From positions 27,032,001-27,096,000 of the forward strand of contig CM022670.1 in assembly GCA_012295275.1 (NCBI GenBank): a stretch of DNA of 64,000 nt. The letters are read 5' to 3'. The notes beneath the pieces are model-generated. The model ran no database searches, was not told the DNA's origin, and saw only the letters and a list, made by a program, of their open reading frames with translations. Made by a program: the position numbers and the translations under genes. This document shows positions 12,329 through 26,134 of the stretch, piece after piece (within the stretch, counting starts at the first letter, position 1; the number at the start of each line of letters is the position of its first letter). Source of the DNA: Chrysomallon squamiferum (lineage: Eukaryota; Animalia; Mollusca).

Positions 12329-15300
12329 ATTTAAAAAATATATATACAAAATAAAATTTCATCCAAAGGTTATTTCCCTTACTGTGCTTTTAATACCATA
12401 ATTACAAGAACTTAACAACATATTTATATTAAAATTTACTAAACTAGTTTGCACTGTACAAGTGGAACCAACTTTACTTAACAGTTTAATCAATTTTTAC
12501 TCAGAAGATTTGAAGCAGGATCTTCAGAATGAGTTGACAAAAGAAACTGATACTATATACTTTATAATGTACAGACATTTTCAGGTTCAACAACAATAAC
12601 CAAAAGCATTTTGAGTACAATTTTGACTTCAACATCAGAGACTGTTTTATTGGTTTCACTAACACCGAATTACAACTGTATTTCCAGTCTATCATATTTT
12701 ATTTGTTAAGTATGATGTTTTAGTATTGTCTAATTTTACTGTAATTCACATTACTGCTGTTAAGAGAGGGGCAACCATTTCCATTACAATGAATGGTATT
12801 TGGGGACAATTTTCAGTGTCAAAAATCTCATTTTTTTAGATTAGCATTTGAAATAACAGTATAATGAAAACCAGTCCAGAAATGAAAACTTGTTCTTGAT
12901 ACAGTTATAATGTGTTAGAGAAAACACTATGATTTCATTGTGATAGTTATTTACAGATCTGCTCACAGTTTTGGGACAATCCCCATGTGTAATGCGAGGT
13001 GTCAGTATCTTAATCTCTGACTGCTTAAACTGGTCCTCCCAGCACAGGGGTGGTGGAGGGTCTTCAATCAGAGGTTTTAACTTGTTTTCCATCAGCTTAG
13101 ACATTTCATTGAAAAAACTGAAAATTAAAAGAAAAACTGAAGAATAATGACGACAAAAACCATAACAATGACTACAACAGTAATAAGATGAATTGATAAT
13201 AACAGCAACAACAGCATAAATTTTAAGAGTAAAGAATTTCAATGATTCCCTTTTGGCAACCCTATGATGATCACTAGCATGCATGGAATGTTTTGTGTAA
13301 CCTGATATTCAGTTTTCTGCTGATGCAATCAAATGTTCAAAATATATATGTCAGAAAAACAAAAATACGAACATAAAACAAGGCATTAAAAAGAAGGAAT
13401 TTTTTTAAAACTGGGTAATCTGATGTTTTATAATCTAAAGTTCTTTCTGCTGCTGCTAACATCGTCTCCCCTCCACAGTCACTATGTTTGTATTCTATTC
13501 ATTAGGTTATGCATAATGTAATAAATTTGACTTTTCATTATTCATTACTTTTTTTTTTTTTTTAAATATATATGCATAATGTAATTCCTAACTTTTTCAA
13601 GAAATCCAAATCCTCTCATCTTCTTTGACCTTGATACTGACTTGTGGCACAGAAAATGAACCAATTGTTTTTTTTTTTTCAAAACAAGATATACATCAGT
13701 ATTTAAATCAATTTTTTAAATTAAAATTCACCATGTTAGTGGCTACTTAGAAGAAATAAACATACACACAAAGAACAAGAAGAAATAAAAATAACACTAA
13801 CTATTCTGAACCTTCCATGGAAAAATCAAAATCATCTAATTCATTTTCTTTCTTTTGCTCTTTGTGTTTCTCTTCTTCTCTTTCTGTTTCTACTTCTTTA
13901 TCTTTCCTGCTGCTGGCGATTCTCAAATCATCAGACTGAACTTCTCCATTGATACCAATTCTTATCTTGTCTCCCCGCTGAAGCTGCTTCGCCACCTTGA
14001 CACCAACATCACCGTCAATCGTGTAATACTGCTCCGAATCTTTCCAGGCTGCATTAAAAAATGTCAAAAGTCAGAAAATTAGGACAAATGTGTGGTAGTT
14101 TTTGATACAACATTGCATGCTCCATCCCAATTTATTTTATTTTCTGTTCTTGGATGCTCTTTGTCTTGCTTATTTTACCATCCCAGATATATATCATTAT
14201 ACATCAATTTATAATTCTTTTAGAAATCCAAGGTAATTTTTAAATATAAATAATTAACAGTGAACAGAGGTCATCTTTTCCATTTTTCTCTGAATAAATG
14301 TTTGTTTTAAAGAATAAACTTTTGTCTAATAAAAGTAAACAAATCAAAACTATAGATGTTTATATTTTATTACCTGTAACAACATTTCATAAAATACAAT
14401 TTATAAGAGAATTGTGCAATATTTTTTTAATTTTCAGAAACAATTATTTTAAACAAATTAATTTTGAATAATAAAACAAACAGTCTATTCTTCTGTACAA
14501 ATAAAAAAGAAAAGAAAAAAAGGCATAAAATATTACATTTATTTCTTCAAATTATCTTGAAATACTGTAATCATTTTAAAAAAAAGTAAAATCTGTAAAT
14601 GATACCAAATACAATAAAAAAAATGATGCAACAAATAAAGAAAAAGAAATGTGTATATTATTCCACCGTCTAGAAATGATACAACAAGAATGGTTTATAT
14701 CATTTCATCATCTAGAAATGATACAACAATAAAAAAAAGAACAAGAATGGTTTATATAATTCCATTGAGAAATGATACAACAATAAAAAAGAAGAAATGT
14801 GTGCATTATTCTACTATCTAGAAATAATACAACAATAAAACAGAACAAGAATGATGTATATCTTTCCACCATCTAGAAATGATACAATAAAAAAGGAAGA
14901 AGAATGGTGAATATTATTCTACTATCTAGAAATGATACAACAATAAAAAGAACAAGAATGATGTATATCTTTCCACCATCTAGAAATGATACCACAATAA
15001 AAAATGAAAACACCAGAATGGTGAATATTATTCCACTTACATGCAAAAGCATCAACCACACCACTGGATTCGTCCTCTTGTGTTCCCCCGAAGGTCAACC
15101 AGGCTCCAGTTTTGGCTGGGACAGTGACCGGCCTCTTCTTGCCACGGACGAAGTTGCCCTTGCCGATGTCAAAGTCTACAGAATCCCAGTGAGTACGTAT
15201 CTGCTGTGTTAAATCTCTGTTGATTCCAGTCTTCTTGATCAGCTGAGGGTCAACCTTTACCACCATGAACGAGGATTTCTGTTCATGGTCATGACCTGTG

Positions 15301-15853
15301 TTAAGTCATATGTACATTATATGAGTTAAAAACATTATTACAATGACAAAGAAGAAAACTAATGTCCCTCTATAAAGGAATACATTATCCTTCCAAATAA
15401 TATACAACATTTATAAAAATAGGGGTTTGTTAGAAATAACATTCTTTAAAAGTATGCATATAAAAATTAACACACTCGCCAAAAAAAAAAAATAAAAAAT
15501 TAAAAGTAAAAAAATAATGTAATTAATATCTGTGAATAAAATTATTTTTGAATATATATTTCTTTTAAAGTTTTTTTTTATATATGTTCTGTAGGTTACA
15601 TGAGCTGGTTTATATGATACCTGAAAGCTCTGGATGTGTTGATGGCCGAGCAGATTTCCTGCTTGCTTGGAAACCTTTGTTAACATATGGAATAGGCTTT
15701 CCTTTCACTTCAACTTAAAAATAAAATAACAGTTTAATCTTTAAAAAAAAAAAAAAAAAAAGAAAACAACATTTGAATGAATAAATAATTTTTTTTTTTT
15801 TTAAAACTCCAATATGTATAACATTTTTAAAAACAAACAAACAAATAAATGAA

Positions 15854-15884
<31 letters not shown>

Positions 15885-18800
15885 GAAATTAAAAAAAAAA
15901 ATTCAACATTTGGAGATGAAAATAAAAAATGATTGGTGCACAAGGGTAATGGGTTCATTGGGAGGTGGTAAATTATGTCTGTGGTTAGTTCACAAATAGC
16001 AATTACAAATCAAAAGTAAAATAGAAAAAAATAAATACTAGGACATAAGTGAATTTAAGAATCAAACTACAGACAATGAGATACAGAATGCAGGAACAGT
16101 GTCTGGCCTGCCCAAAAAGAAGAAAAAAAAAACAAATTGAAGAAAAAGAAAAAAAAATGATGACAATGATGATGGTGATGGAGGCTGCGAATAGTAAAAA
16201 ATAATAAAAAAAAAGATTAGAAATGATATTTAAATAAAACAATATGCTATACTTTTAATGCTGTTTTCACGCGGCCTGCGTTTGGCTGAGGTAACTCTTT
16301 TTGCTGGTGCTGATGATATATTACGAGCTGATTCAAATATCTTGTGGATGAACTTGTGCTGTTCCTCTATAATTTGTGCTGTTGACTTGGGCCGGTAGGA
16401 ACGGTTGCCACTGATGTCGATGTCATGAAATGTCAACACTGGCTGAGCTAATGTGACGTTGTATTTGTTTTCAATGTACCCCAGAGGTCGTTTCTGAAGA
16501 ATAATAATTAAAAAATAATAATAATAATAATTACAACATTAATGAAATGAAAACAATATCTCTTAGATTAACTTTTTGTTGTGAGTTCAAAACCAAATGC
16601 TGTATTCATTTGCAGTAAATCTCAAAACAAATAAATACAAAACAAAAGCAATATGTTAAACCAGACACACACAAAAACTAAATTCCAAGAAGGAACTGTT
16701 TTGAAGGCTCAAGAAAGTTTTGATGAATGGCTTGTGTACCCAAATCCCAGAATCTCTGTTATAAAGCAGTAGATATGTCTTCAATCTGCATATCACCAGC
16801 TAAACATCCAGTTAATACAGACTGCCATTCTAGTAATTTTGTTTGTTTTTTAATTAAATTACATCAAAAATTAATCAAAACTACATGGAAAAATAATATC
16901 TACTCTGATAAATTACAGTTTTTTTTTTTTTTTTCACAAGAAACACAGTACTTATGATGCCAATATCATAAGTACTGTGTTTCTTGTGGTTATAAATCCA
17001 TAAATTGCAAAAGTTAATAACACAATAACCAAAACTCAAACAATAGATAACAATATATCAAACAACAGCTAAACATTAATCTGTATATTATCACTAACAC
17101 AGTATCCAAGTAATACTGGCCACTGTTCATCTGATTATTTATTTATTTATTAGAGATAATGGAATACACAAAATACCCTGTTAAACACAAATCCATATAA
17201 CACTAGAAACACAATGCTGGTAATGCTGGCTACTGGTTAAGCATGTCTCACAGGCATGTAAAAAGAAATCCCTGTTATAAAACATTAAATGTCGGACTGT
17301 GTATAACCACCATAACAGTGTCAAAGTAACAATTGCTACTCCATTGGCAATAGTTTTAAATTCTGCACATTCAAGAGCATGTTAGACCTAAAGAACAGAA
17401 TCTATCTTCAGTTCTATAATCAGTGTAACTCATATTATCAGTAAATCCAAGAAGCACGTCTGTATAAAAAAACAATAAAAATCTCAGCTGTCAAACAGTA
17501 AGTAAATCCACACTGTTAAATATCAATATATATATCATTGGAAACACAGTGCTGAAGTAGTGCTGGCTACTGCTCAGTTAATGTTTATATTTTCACTGAA
17601 TTCCAAGAACAAATCTGAATTAAGAAATGGCCAGAATATCAAGTATATCCATTCAATTAAATATCAGTTTATATATATATATATATATGTTGTTGGCCTA
17701 AGTAATGACAGAAATAAATGGGTAGATTTTTTCAGAATGCCAAAAATACTTAATTAATAACCAATATTACTACATATTACTACAGCACTGTGTCAGTGGC
17801 TACATATACTGTGCTGTATTAAGTTATGTCAAATATGCTGTGTGTAACCCAACACTGAAATAAATACGTGACTAAAAAAAAAAAAATCCCCCAAAAATTA
17901 ATAAGTAAATTAAAAAGTAAAAACAACAACAAAAAAAAACATTCCACTGTAAAAGAAATGTTATGACAATAAATATTAACAAAATATTTTTCTACACTGA
18001 CCTGTCGACGTGTGTCGCACAAGCCTATGGCACAAACAGATTAATCAAAGTATGGCTCCATATCATTTGACTGCTGTTTAAAATTTGAATAATCTATGCT
18101 CTTCAAGTACATTAGGGGCCAAGATGGCAAAACAAGCATTTGGCTGTGACCATAACAAGCAGACAATTAACTGCCATTGTTACATGATCAGTGATATCAT
18201 TCAAATTCATTGTTACAGGGCTGTCATAGGTTAATCCATAGAAAAATGCACAGGTCTACCTTATGTACCCAAGATTTGGCTGATCTCGCACGCAGCCGGG
18301 AGGATAAATTAAATCCACCTTAACGGGGTTATAATAAGGTCATCTGTTTTGTGCATTTAATATCGTATTACCGAATTTCTGATCATGGCACGTGAAAACA
18401 CCTGCTGGAAACAAGGGTGTTCTGACCAGTATAAACGCTATTGAAATAAAATCCTTTTTATGTGTTTAAGCAATGTTAATAATAATCTTGACACAATAAA
18501 ATTTCCATTCACAGGTAAACAAAACACCTGTTGGTAATAATCAAAGGTGTATTGATCATATAATGCTACCGAGAGCAGTGATAAAATCCTTAATATCAGC
18601 TTAACAAATTAATTTTCTTTTTTTAATATGACATAATAAAATATCTTATTCATTACAATGCAGTTGAATGGTTTTATTTTAATCATCTGACCCAAGGGTC
18701 ATGAGAATGATCCCATTTGGTTGATCAAATGGCTTATTTTATGAATATGTACATGTAAATATATTTAAATAAAAAACACATCACTTAATGCAATACATTA

Positions 18801-20965
18801 CATGTATAAATTACTGTTAATTGTTAAGGGAACATAAATGAGCAGAAGAGGACAGATATTAGACACTCATGTAGGTTATAGACATCAAGCAGTCAAATAA
18901 GTGATATTGGAAGGGATAAAAATGTATGGTATGTACTGAACTGTTGTCATGGATGATCTTATTTACTTTCTGGAATGTTTATTGTTTTGTTTTGTTGTGT
19001 TTTTCTGTACTGTTCTTTTTATTTGTTTGTTTTTGTAATAATGATACCAACCAGGAAATCCTGGTCACCATTTAATGGGTTACTCTGATTAAAAACATGT
19101 TACTTTTCATTTTATCAAAGCTGCATAAATCATTTACTCTGATAAAACAGCAGGGGATCTATTGTGTGTAGTGGAAATACACAGGACTGATCTTGTAACC
19201 AATGATAAATATATTAAATGGTGAAATGAAGAGGATTGATCTTGTAGCCAGTGTCACATCAGGCCAATATTCTATTCACAAAGCAGTAGCCCAGTGCTAT
19301 CCTACCTTTGAATTAGGTAAACATTAAAAAGTCAAGTGGTTCCCATATCTTAACAGTTCACAGCCACTGAGTTTTTAAAGTATGGCTTTTTTTTCTTCTT
19401 CTTTTTTAAATATGTGTGTAATAAAAATAATACAAAATTGAATTCTAAAGGAATATTGCCTATTAATATATATTTATCCTAATGCTGTTCTCAATATCAA
19501 AGTATTTCAGTAGCAGAAAGATAAAATATAAAACTAATTTCCACTTACCTGTGTCCTGTATTATCACTTAATGTACAATGCGACTCGTTGTTACTCAACA
19601 AATAGCTTTTGTAGCATTCCTTTAATCAAACATTTATGCCATGGATTTGAAAATTTATTATGTTTATTGCAAATTTTTTTACTCTGTCTGTGTAAAATGT
19701 GCACTAAAAGAACACATAAATCTGCAGTTTAATAAAACCTTTTAGGCTTCAAAACGTGTTCATTCTATAAGCTTTATTACTTCTGTATGTATAAAATATC
19801 CATTAAGAAATTAAAAAAATTCACAACTTAACAACACAATATGGTCTGGAAATGTATAGAAGCATATGTGTAAAAAATAAAATAAATGAAAGCACAAACC
19901 CATTTACAAAGTAATTACTTTTACAATCTGCACAGAGAATAAGTGTTGTCAGTGTGAGAACATATCTCCAACCTAAAAAACTTCTAATTATTAATACAAT
20001 TATTTTCTGAGAAAAAAAGTTGCCTAAAAGTATTAACCAAGAATAAATGTGCATTACAATTATGTAATTACAACAAATCTACATAAATTTGGATAAATCT
20101 GATAAGAGCCAATCTACACATTTGTTATTTGTTAAGAAAAAATTGTACATATGATTACTTAAAGAACAAATCTACATACAAATATTTGATGAGAACATAT
20201 CTGTACATGATTATCTAATGAGAACAAATATATAAACACTTATTTAATGAATTTTAATCTACATTTAATGAGAAAATTCTGTACTATCTAATAAGAACAA
20301 AAATACACATACAATTATTTAATGAGAACAAAAATATACATACAATTATTTAATGAGAACAAAAATATACATACAATTATTTAATGAGTTTAAATCTACA
20401 TACAATTATTTAATGAGTTTAAATCTACATACAGTTATTTAATGAGTTTAAATCTACATACAATTATTAATGAGTTTAAATCTACAGTTATTTAATGAGT
20501 TTAAATCTACATACAGTTATTTAATGAGTTTAAATCTACATAGTTATTTAATGAGTTTAAATCTACATACAGTTATTTAATGAGTTTTAATCTACATACA
20601 GTTATTTAATGAGAACAAATCTACATAATGATAACAAATCAAATTCTAAATTATATAATTAATAATCAGTTTAAACACAAATAAAAGAAAGAAAAATTTC
20701 AGTTAAATTATATTCACTTTTTTCTTCTTTCATGCAGACCATACACTATAACTGCTTTTTCATTAAAAGATTAATGAAATCTCTGAATTACGAATGATGG
20801 TTACAAATTTTTATCTTTTTTTAAAATCAAGAGCCAAGGATTCTGGGAAAGGAATTTAAAATATAGTATTAAGAATAAGCATTCACAAACCTTAGCGTGT
20901 TTGTTGAGGATATTTTGTGCATGCCAGTCTGAGTAGTCCATGGCATTTAAATACCTCTGAGCCAT
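11053..20965 (-). CDS. Uncharacterised ~716-aa protein, 7 coding exons, largely disordered S/P/E-rich C-terminus
   Basis: Phase-consistent GT-AG model: 20965-20891, 16493-16253, 15713-15621, 15295-15041, 14048-13802, 13117-12967, 12141-11053 (2151 nt). Starts MAQRYLNAMDYSDWHAQNILNKHAK-KRPLGYIENKY. The first coding exon and the 16253 donor are the least certain. 5'-UTR acceptor near 21055 and probable first exon ending at 27012. Candidate AATAAA at 9221-9226 with a GU-rich downstream element. Confidence 0.75.
14620..15040. repeat. Intronic minisatellite, ~55-60-bp unit, about 7 copies
   Basis: Unit resembles tctagaaatgatacaacaataaaaagaacaagaatg(g/a)t(g/t)(t/a)atat..ttc(c/t)ac(c/t)a. Confidence 0.9.
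16935..16988. repeat. Perfect inverted repeat (24-bp stem, 6-nt loop)
   Basis: cacaagaaacacagtacttatgat-gccaat-atcataagtactgtgtttcttgtg. Confidence 0.95.
19050..19300 (-). mobile_element. Degenerate SINE-like fragment (reverse orientation)
   Basis: aggaaatcc..atgggttactct..cagcaggggatct..aggattgatct blocks in the order expected for the reverse complement of the element at ~4605-4855; similarity by eye only. Confidence 0.35.
20150..20630. repeat. Intronic minisatellite, ~29-31-bp unit
   Basis: aatctacatacagttatttaatgagttta and variants (gagaacaaa) repeated more than 10 times. Confidence 0.92.
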
Positions 20966-21203
20966 CACGAAGAGAATCCACAAGTGTTGTTACAATAAAA
21001 CACAGGTGCTGCACGTCATTGCTGTGAAAGACTGGACACAGTAACAGTCACTGCCTGAAACATCAAGCTAGAAAATAAAAACAAATAAACAAAAATAACA
21101 TAAAATAAATTTAAAATAATATTAAAATATTTTTAAGTAATCATTTCAAAAACTGCCACCAATAAAAAACAAGAAATATATAAATCAAGAAATATAATGT
21201 AAT

Positions 21204-21264
<61 letters not shown>

Positions 21265-23323
21265 TACAACTGTAAAATGCACGACATACAATAAATGACT
21301 ATTCAGTTAACTGTAATATATTGTGATATATACAAGAATATTAAACCCTTGTTAGTTTACCACATGGCGTTTCATGAGTTAATATGCCTAAAACAATTGC
21401 AAATGGCTAAGTGAGCACTTAAATAAATAAATAAATTTGAAAAGTGAATTAAATAATAATTTAATCTTTAAAGCAATTAATATTTATTATGTAAAACAAA
21501 ATGGTGAACTTGTTTAATTTCATTAAACAAAAAAATCTTTAAACATATTATAAGATATGCAGTTTATCATTTTTTCATGCATTGAAATAATGGAACAAAA
21601 TATTTCTAAGACAGTCAACTTGCTAGTGTTTTTAAACATACAAATAATTAAAAAGTGAGTTTTTAATACTTAAAAAGAAGAAGAATTAGAACAGTAAAAT
21701 ATTTCTCATTTCTAATAATAATAATAATAAAAATTACATACACATATTTATACATAGTAGTATAGCAGAGAAAAACAAAATATTTCAATTTTGGAATCAG
21801 TTAAAAATTTAAAAAACCATGTGATATCTACACAATTGTTAATAATGCTATAAAATGTAATTTTAGACTGCAGTTTCATAGAATTTTTTTATTTTATTGT
21901 TTACCTAATAAAAGCTGTTACACATTAAAAAAACATTTTACCAACCTCAAAAACATCAGTCTGTAAAATACAACATTCAAATGCCAAAAAGGAAAAGTTA
22001 ATTAACTACCACGCTACAAAAATGTGTTTGAAAACTCTCTTTTCACAAACTACACTGTGAAGAGAACTGTGCTCAGAAAATATCTCTAAACAGGTTGTAC
22101 TGTATAAAGAAATGTGCTCTGAATGAATATGGCTGTACAAAATTGTGTACTCGGAAGGTAGATTATTAATAAAATCCGCAGAACAGCAGTATAAAAGCAG
22201 ATTATTAGTCGAACCAATAACTGTGAACTGCAGACGAGTTCAGGCCTAATTCACCTAGCTTTGTGCAGTGTGAGACAAACAAACTGAGACATGCAGTGAA
22301 CAGTGTAATCTTCTTGTGCTAATAAAATAAGTCAAGCATTGCATGAGAAAGTGATCTTGTATTCTCCGTTATTAAGCAGAAGATTTAACACTGGCAGTTT
22401 AAACAGCTACTAAACACAGAAACAACTGTAATGTCACATTCTGGGATGGCCAGTTGCAATGTATACAATTTTACACTTAGAAAATGTGTTGTTTTAATCT
22501 GTAAAGTTTAATTAATAACAACTGGTAAGTGGCTTTTGCCATATAGAGGGACACTACAGAGTCCTGCAAAATGAAGATGATGATGATGAAATGATGTGAT
22601 TATTTGAAAAGATAATAATACTTATGCTGTGGTAAAATGTTCCTTTCACAAAAACAAATAAAAGTAATAAAAACATGAACTGAAGCAAAAATAAAATGAT
22701 ACTGTTCGTATTAAAATATAACTTGATATTCTCTATGATATGGTGTTTATTATAATCATTTTAAATGTTATTAAAATATTATTAATTGAAATACACACCA
22801 GTTGCTGGTGTGTGTGTGTGTGTGTGTGTGTTTATACACAAAGACAACATTTGTTTAAAATACAATTTTAAAAAATAGCAATATTTTGGTTAATAAATTA
22901 AAAACAATTTAAAAAACTAAAAAATGCATAAATTTAAATAAATGAAATTAAAAGAAGAAGACAACAAATGACACAATAATTTGCTTTGCAAAAGTTCACA
23001 ACTGACTGATTGACTGATTTTAAAAATTAAAACAGACATATAAAGTAGTTTTTCAAATCATTCAGTAATGCTGTGTTTGATCAGATTAATGTATTGACTT
23101 TGTGTCTGCCCACTAAGAAACTGTGCTAAGCCTGGCAATCAATCTATCCTTAGTTTCTGTCACTACTAAAGAGTTTCCATATCTGGTAGGAAAACAAGCA
23201 CTTTCCTGTGGCCTATTCAGACATGACATCTGATGTCTGCTGGAAGTAAGCCAGAATGAAAAAAAATTAAAAAAATTCTAATATCAAAGACTATAAGAAT
23301 ATTACCAGCTCAGCAGGGGGTTT

Positions 23324-23355
<32 letters not shown>

Positions 23356-24740
23356 TAGAAAAGAAAAGAAAAGTAGAAAAAGAAAGAAAATGAAAAAGAA
23401 GAAGAAAGGTATTAAGCAGAAATGGAATGAAATGATCAATATAACAATAATCACTAGAAATGTTATTGTGCAGATACACTAATAATCACAGAAGAATTGG
23501 CTTTCAGATACATTATACTATAACAATATAACAAAACTGTGGTATTCTGAACTGAAAATATACACCGTAAATAATAGTTTAAAATATACTGCATTTCCTG
23601 AACATGCAACACCAACTATTATTTAAACAAAACAAAAATCAATAATCAAATATATTTTATCACTGGAACTGTAATATATAACTGGATTTGTTTATATATA
23701 CCAGCCATTGTTGGAATGTTAACAACAATAATTTAAAACAAAGAGGTTTATTAGAACATATTACAGTTAGCTGTATTAAGGAATGACCTTGACTTATGTT
23801 ATTACAATAAATTCTGAAAAATAACAGTGATATTTCATATTGAATCAGAGCGGATATACTAACAATGATGGTTTATAAAGAAAGAAAAATGATTTCTAAA
23901 AAGTTCTCATATACATTGTAATAATAACATTTGAACCTTCAACAGTGATATATCCAGTAATGGCAACTAACAGGCATATTAACAGTGACTGTTTAAAAAG
24001 AATGACAAGTCACTTATACTTTTACAATAGCACTGGAATTATTAAAAGAAATAACTTCAATTGAAAGATGATTGATTTAATAGCAATGATGGCTTAATCA
24101 AATTTTATTTCACAATATAGATAATGATTGGGGAAATTCATACAAAGGGCAACTTTTATTCTTTTTTTGTTGTTGTATTTTTTGTTTTCTTTGCAGTTAA
24201 TGATAACACATTTCTTATATGAATCTTTACACTGGAAAGAAAACAATATCAGTGCATTTAATATACCAATGCAGTAAGTATTTGTTGGACTCTAAAACAG
24301 CATAACATGAATTGTAAAAAGAACGGTCTTCAAAAATGTTGTTACAGTAACGTTATAGCACTGGTAATTAGTAATATATTAACAATTTAAAAACATTTTC
24401 ACAAAATTAACATTTACAATAACATTTGAACTATGTAAGTAAAAGACAGCATATCAATAATGCTAGCAATGATTGTGATGGAAGAGGTTTCATCACAAAC
24501 ATCAGTTAAAACTGTATAAAAAAGAAAAAAGAAAACAAACTGTCGACAAACATTTAATTATCATAAAGTGACAAGACAACTGAAATATACTGTATTCCAT
24601 GTAATTTTTTTCATTTCCACAGTAATGATATTTTCATGTCTTATACTTAATTAGAATAAGTAATTTAATAATATTAGATTATGAACATAAGATAAATTGT
24701 CTATAGGGTATAGTATGCACCCTTTGCATACCCTGATTAA

Positions 24741-25424
24741 CAAGTGCCCCAACTTACGAGTTTTTCAAGTTACAAGCAGCAGCCAGGTCGATTATTTGCT
24801 TTGAGTTGTGAGCCAAAATCTGAGTTATGAGCTAGCTTCAATTATGCTACTGCTAGTTGGCACAACGAACAACATAACATCCAGCCAACATCCCAAGTGT
24901 CAGTTGTTTACTTCACATGATTAACTCGCTGCAGAAGCATCTCTGTTGTGTTGTGCTGGCGTTTTGTGCAGTACTTTGCCAAATTTCTTTTTTCTGGTCA
25001 TGGATCCTAAGAAAGTAAGTGCAAAGGACAGTGCTGCTAGGCAGTATGAGTGCAGTACTTCTATGATATGTATCATACTGAAGCAGAAGGAGTCAATAAA
25101 GGCTGTAACTCCAGTCAAAGGAGTTAAAATAATTTGTCTGATCTCCAAGATAAATATATTTTACAAAACCAATTTATTTCTTTACATTCTCTTTTATTTT
25201 GTTTTTATACAATATTTGTCATTTATAAATACATTTTTCTTATTTAAAATCACGTTACCAAAAAAAAATTTAAAAATTAAAATTAAAAAATGGGGTGGTT
25301 TTTGGTGCCTGGATTCAATTAATGGTATTTCAATTAATTTAGGAAAATTGATTTGATATACTAGCAAACTGAGATATGAGCTTGGTCATGGAACTAATTA
25401 AACTCTTAAGTCAAGGTACCACTG
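24741..25424 (+). mobile_element. Internally deleted Tigger/pogo (Tc1/mariner superfamily) DNA transposon remnant
   Basis: Right end aactcttaagtcaaggtaccactg is typical of a Tigger terminal inverted repeat; the left counterpart caagtgccccaacttacgagtt is degraded. Internal translation MDPKKVSAKDSA/ARQYECSTSMICIILKQKESIKA resembles the transposase N-terminus and HTH-psq helix with a deletion. Confidence 0.75.
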
Positions 25425-26086
25425 AATACTGATTTTTCTTTGATGTAGTTTAGCTGGAGAATACAATGAAATGTGGAATAAATTTAAAGAGATCATTCAT
25501 TGGAAAAATACACTTAACATGCCTCTACCTGCACCCTGTAAACTAATATCACATTCAAAGGTTTATGTACAACAAAATCTTGGGAACAACATGAATTTTT
25601 AAAAGAAAGAAAGTAAAAAAGAAAATGCAATTATTCTGATGTGTGTATGTGTCTTTTTTTTTTTTTCTGGAACTATGATGTTCTATAATCATAATAGTTA
25701 AAACAAAGAAGAAAAAAGAAACAGTCAGACAATAATTAGAGAAAAATAAATTTAAGAATGCAAATATTCAAAATATCGAAAAACATCTGTCAGATATAAC
25801 AAAATGAAATTTATAAAAACATTTAGAATAAAAAAAATATATAATAATAATAATTTTAATAATAATAATAATAATATTACTACTACTACTACTACTAATA
25901 ATAATAATTTAAACAAAACAACTATTTATAAAAATGAAGAACTCAGTCACTCTGGATGTTTTGACCCAAGGTGAGATTCCTAATGTATGTTTTCCCCAGC
26001 TGAATAATTAGAAAGGCATTGAACAATAACTTGTTGATATTTCTTACAAATTTAAAAATTATTTATTTATTATTTTTATTATTTTG

Positions 26087-26134
<48 letters not shown>

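Noticed and set aside
16085-16110. Good-looking minus-strand acceptor (ttctttttgggcag) suggesting a micro-exon
   Set aside because: No donor in a compatible phase with convincing consensus; the model is complete without it.
18260-18343. Possible in-frame UGA (selenocysteine or readthrough) if the 19549 donor were spliced to 18343
   Set aside because: The acceptor lacks a pyrimidine tract, the downstream phase does not fit the 16493 exon, and I could not identify a SECIS element.
20150-20630. Regular ~30-bp repeats resembling a CRISPR array (also 47801-48190)
   Set aside because: Head-to-tail units without unique spacers, eukaryotic context and no cas genes; ordinary minisatellites.
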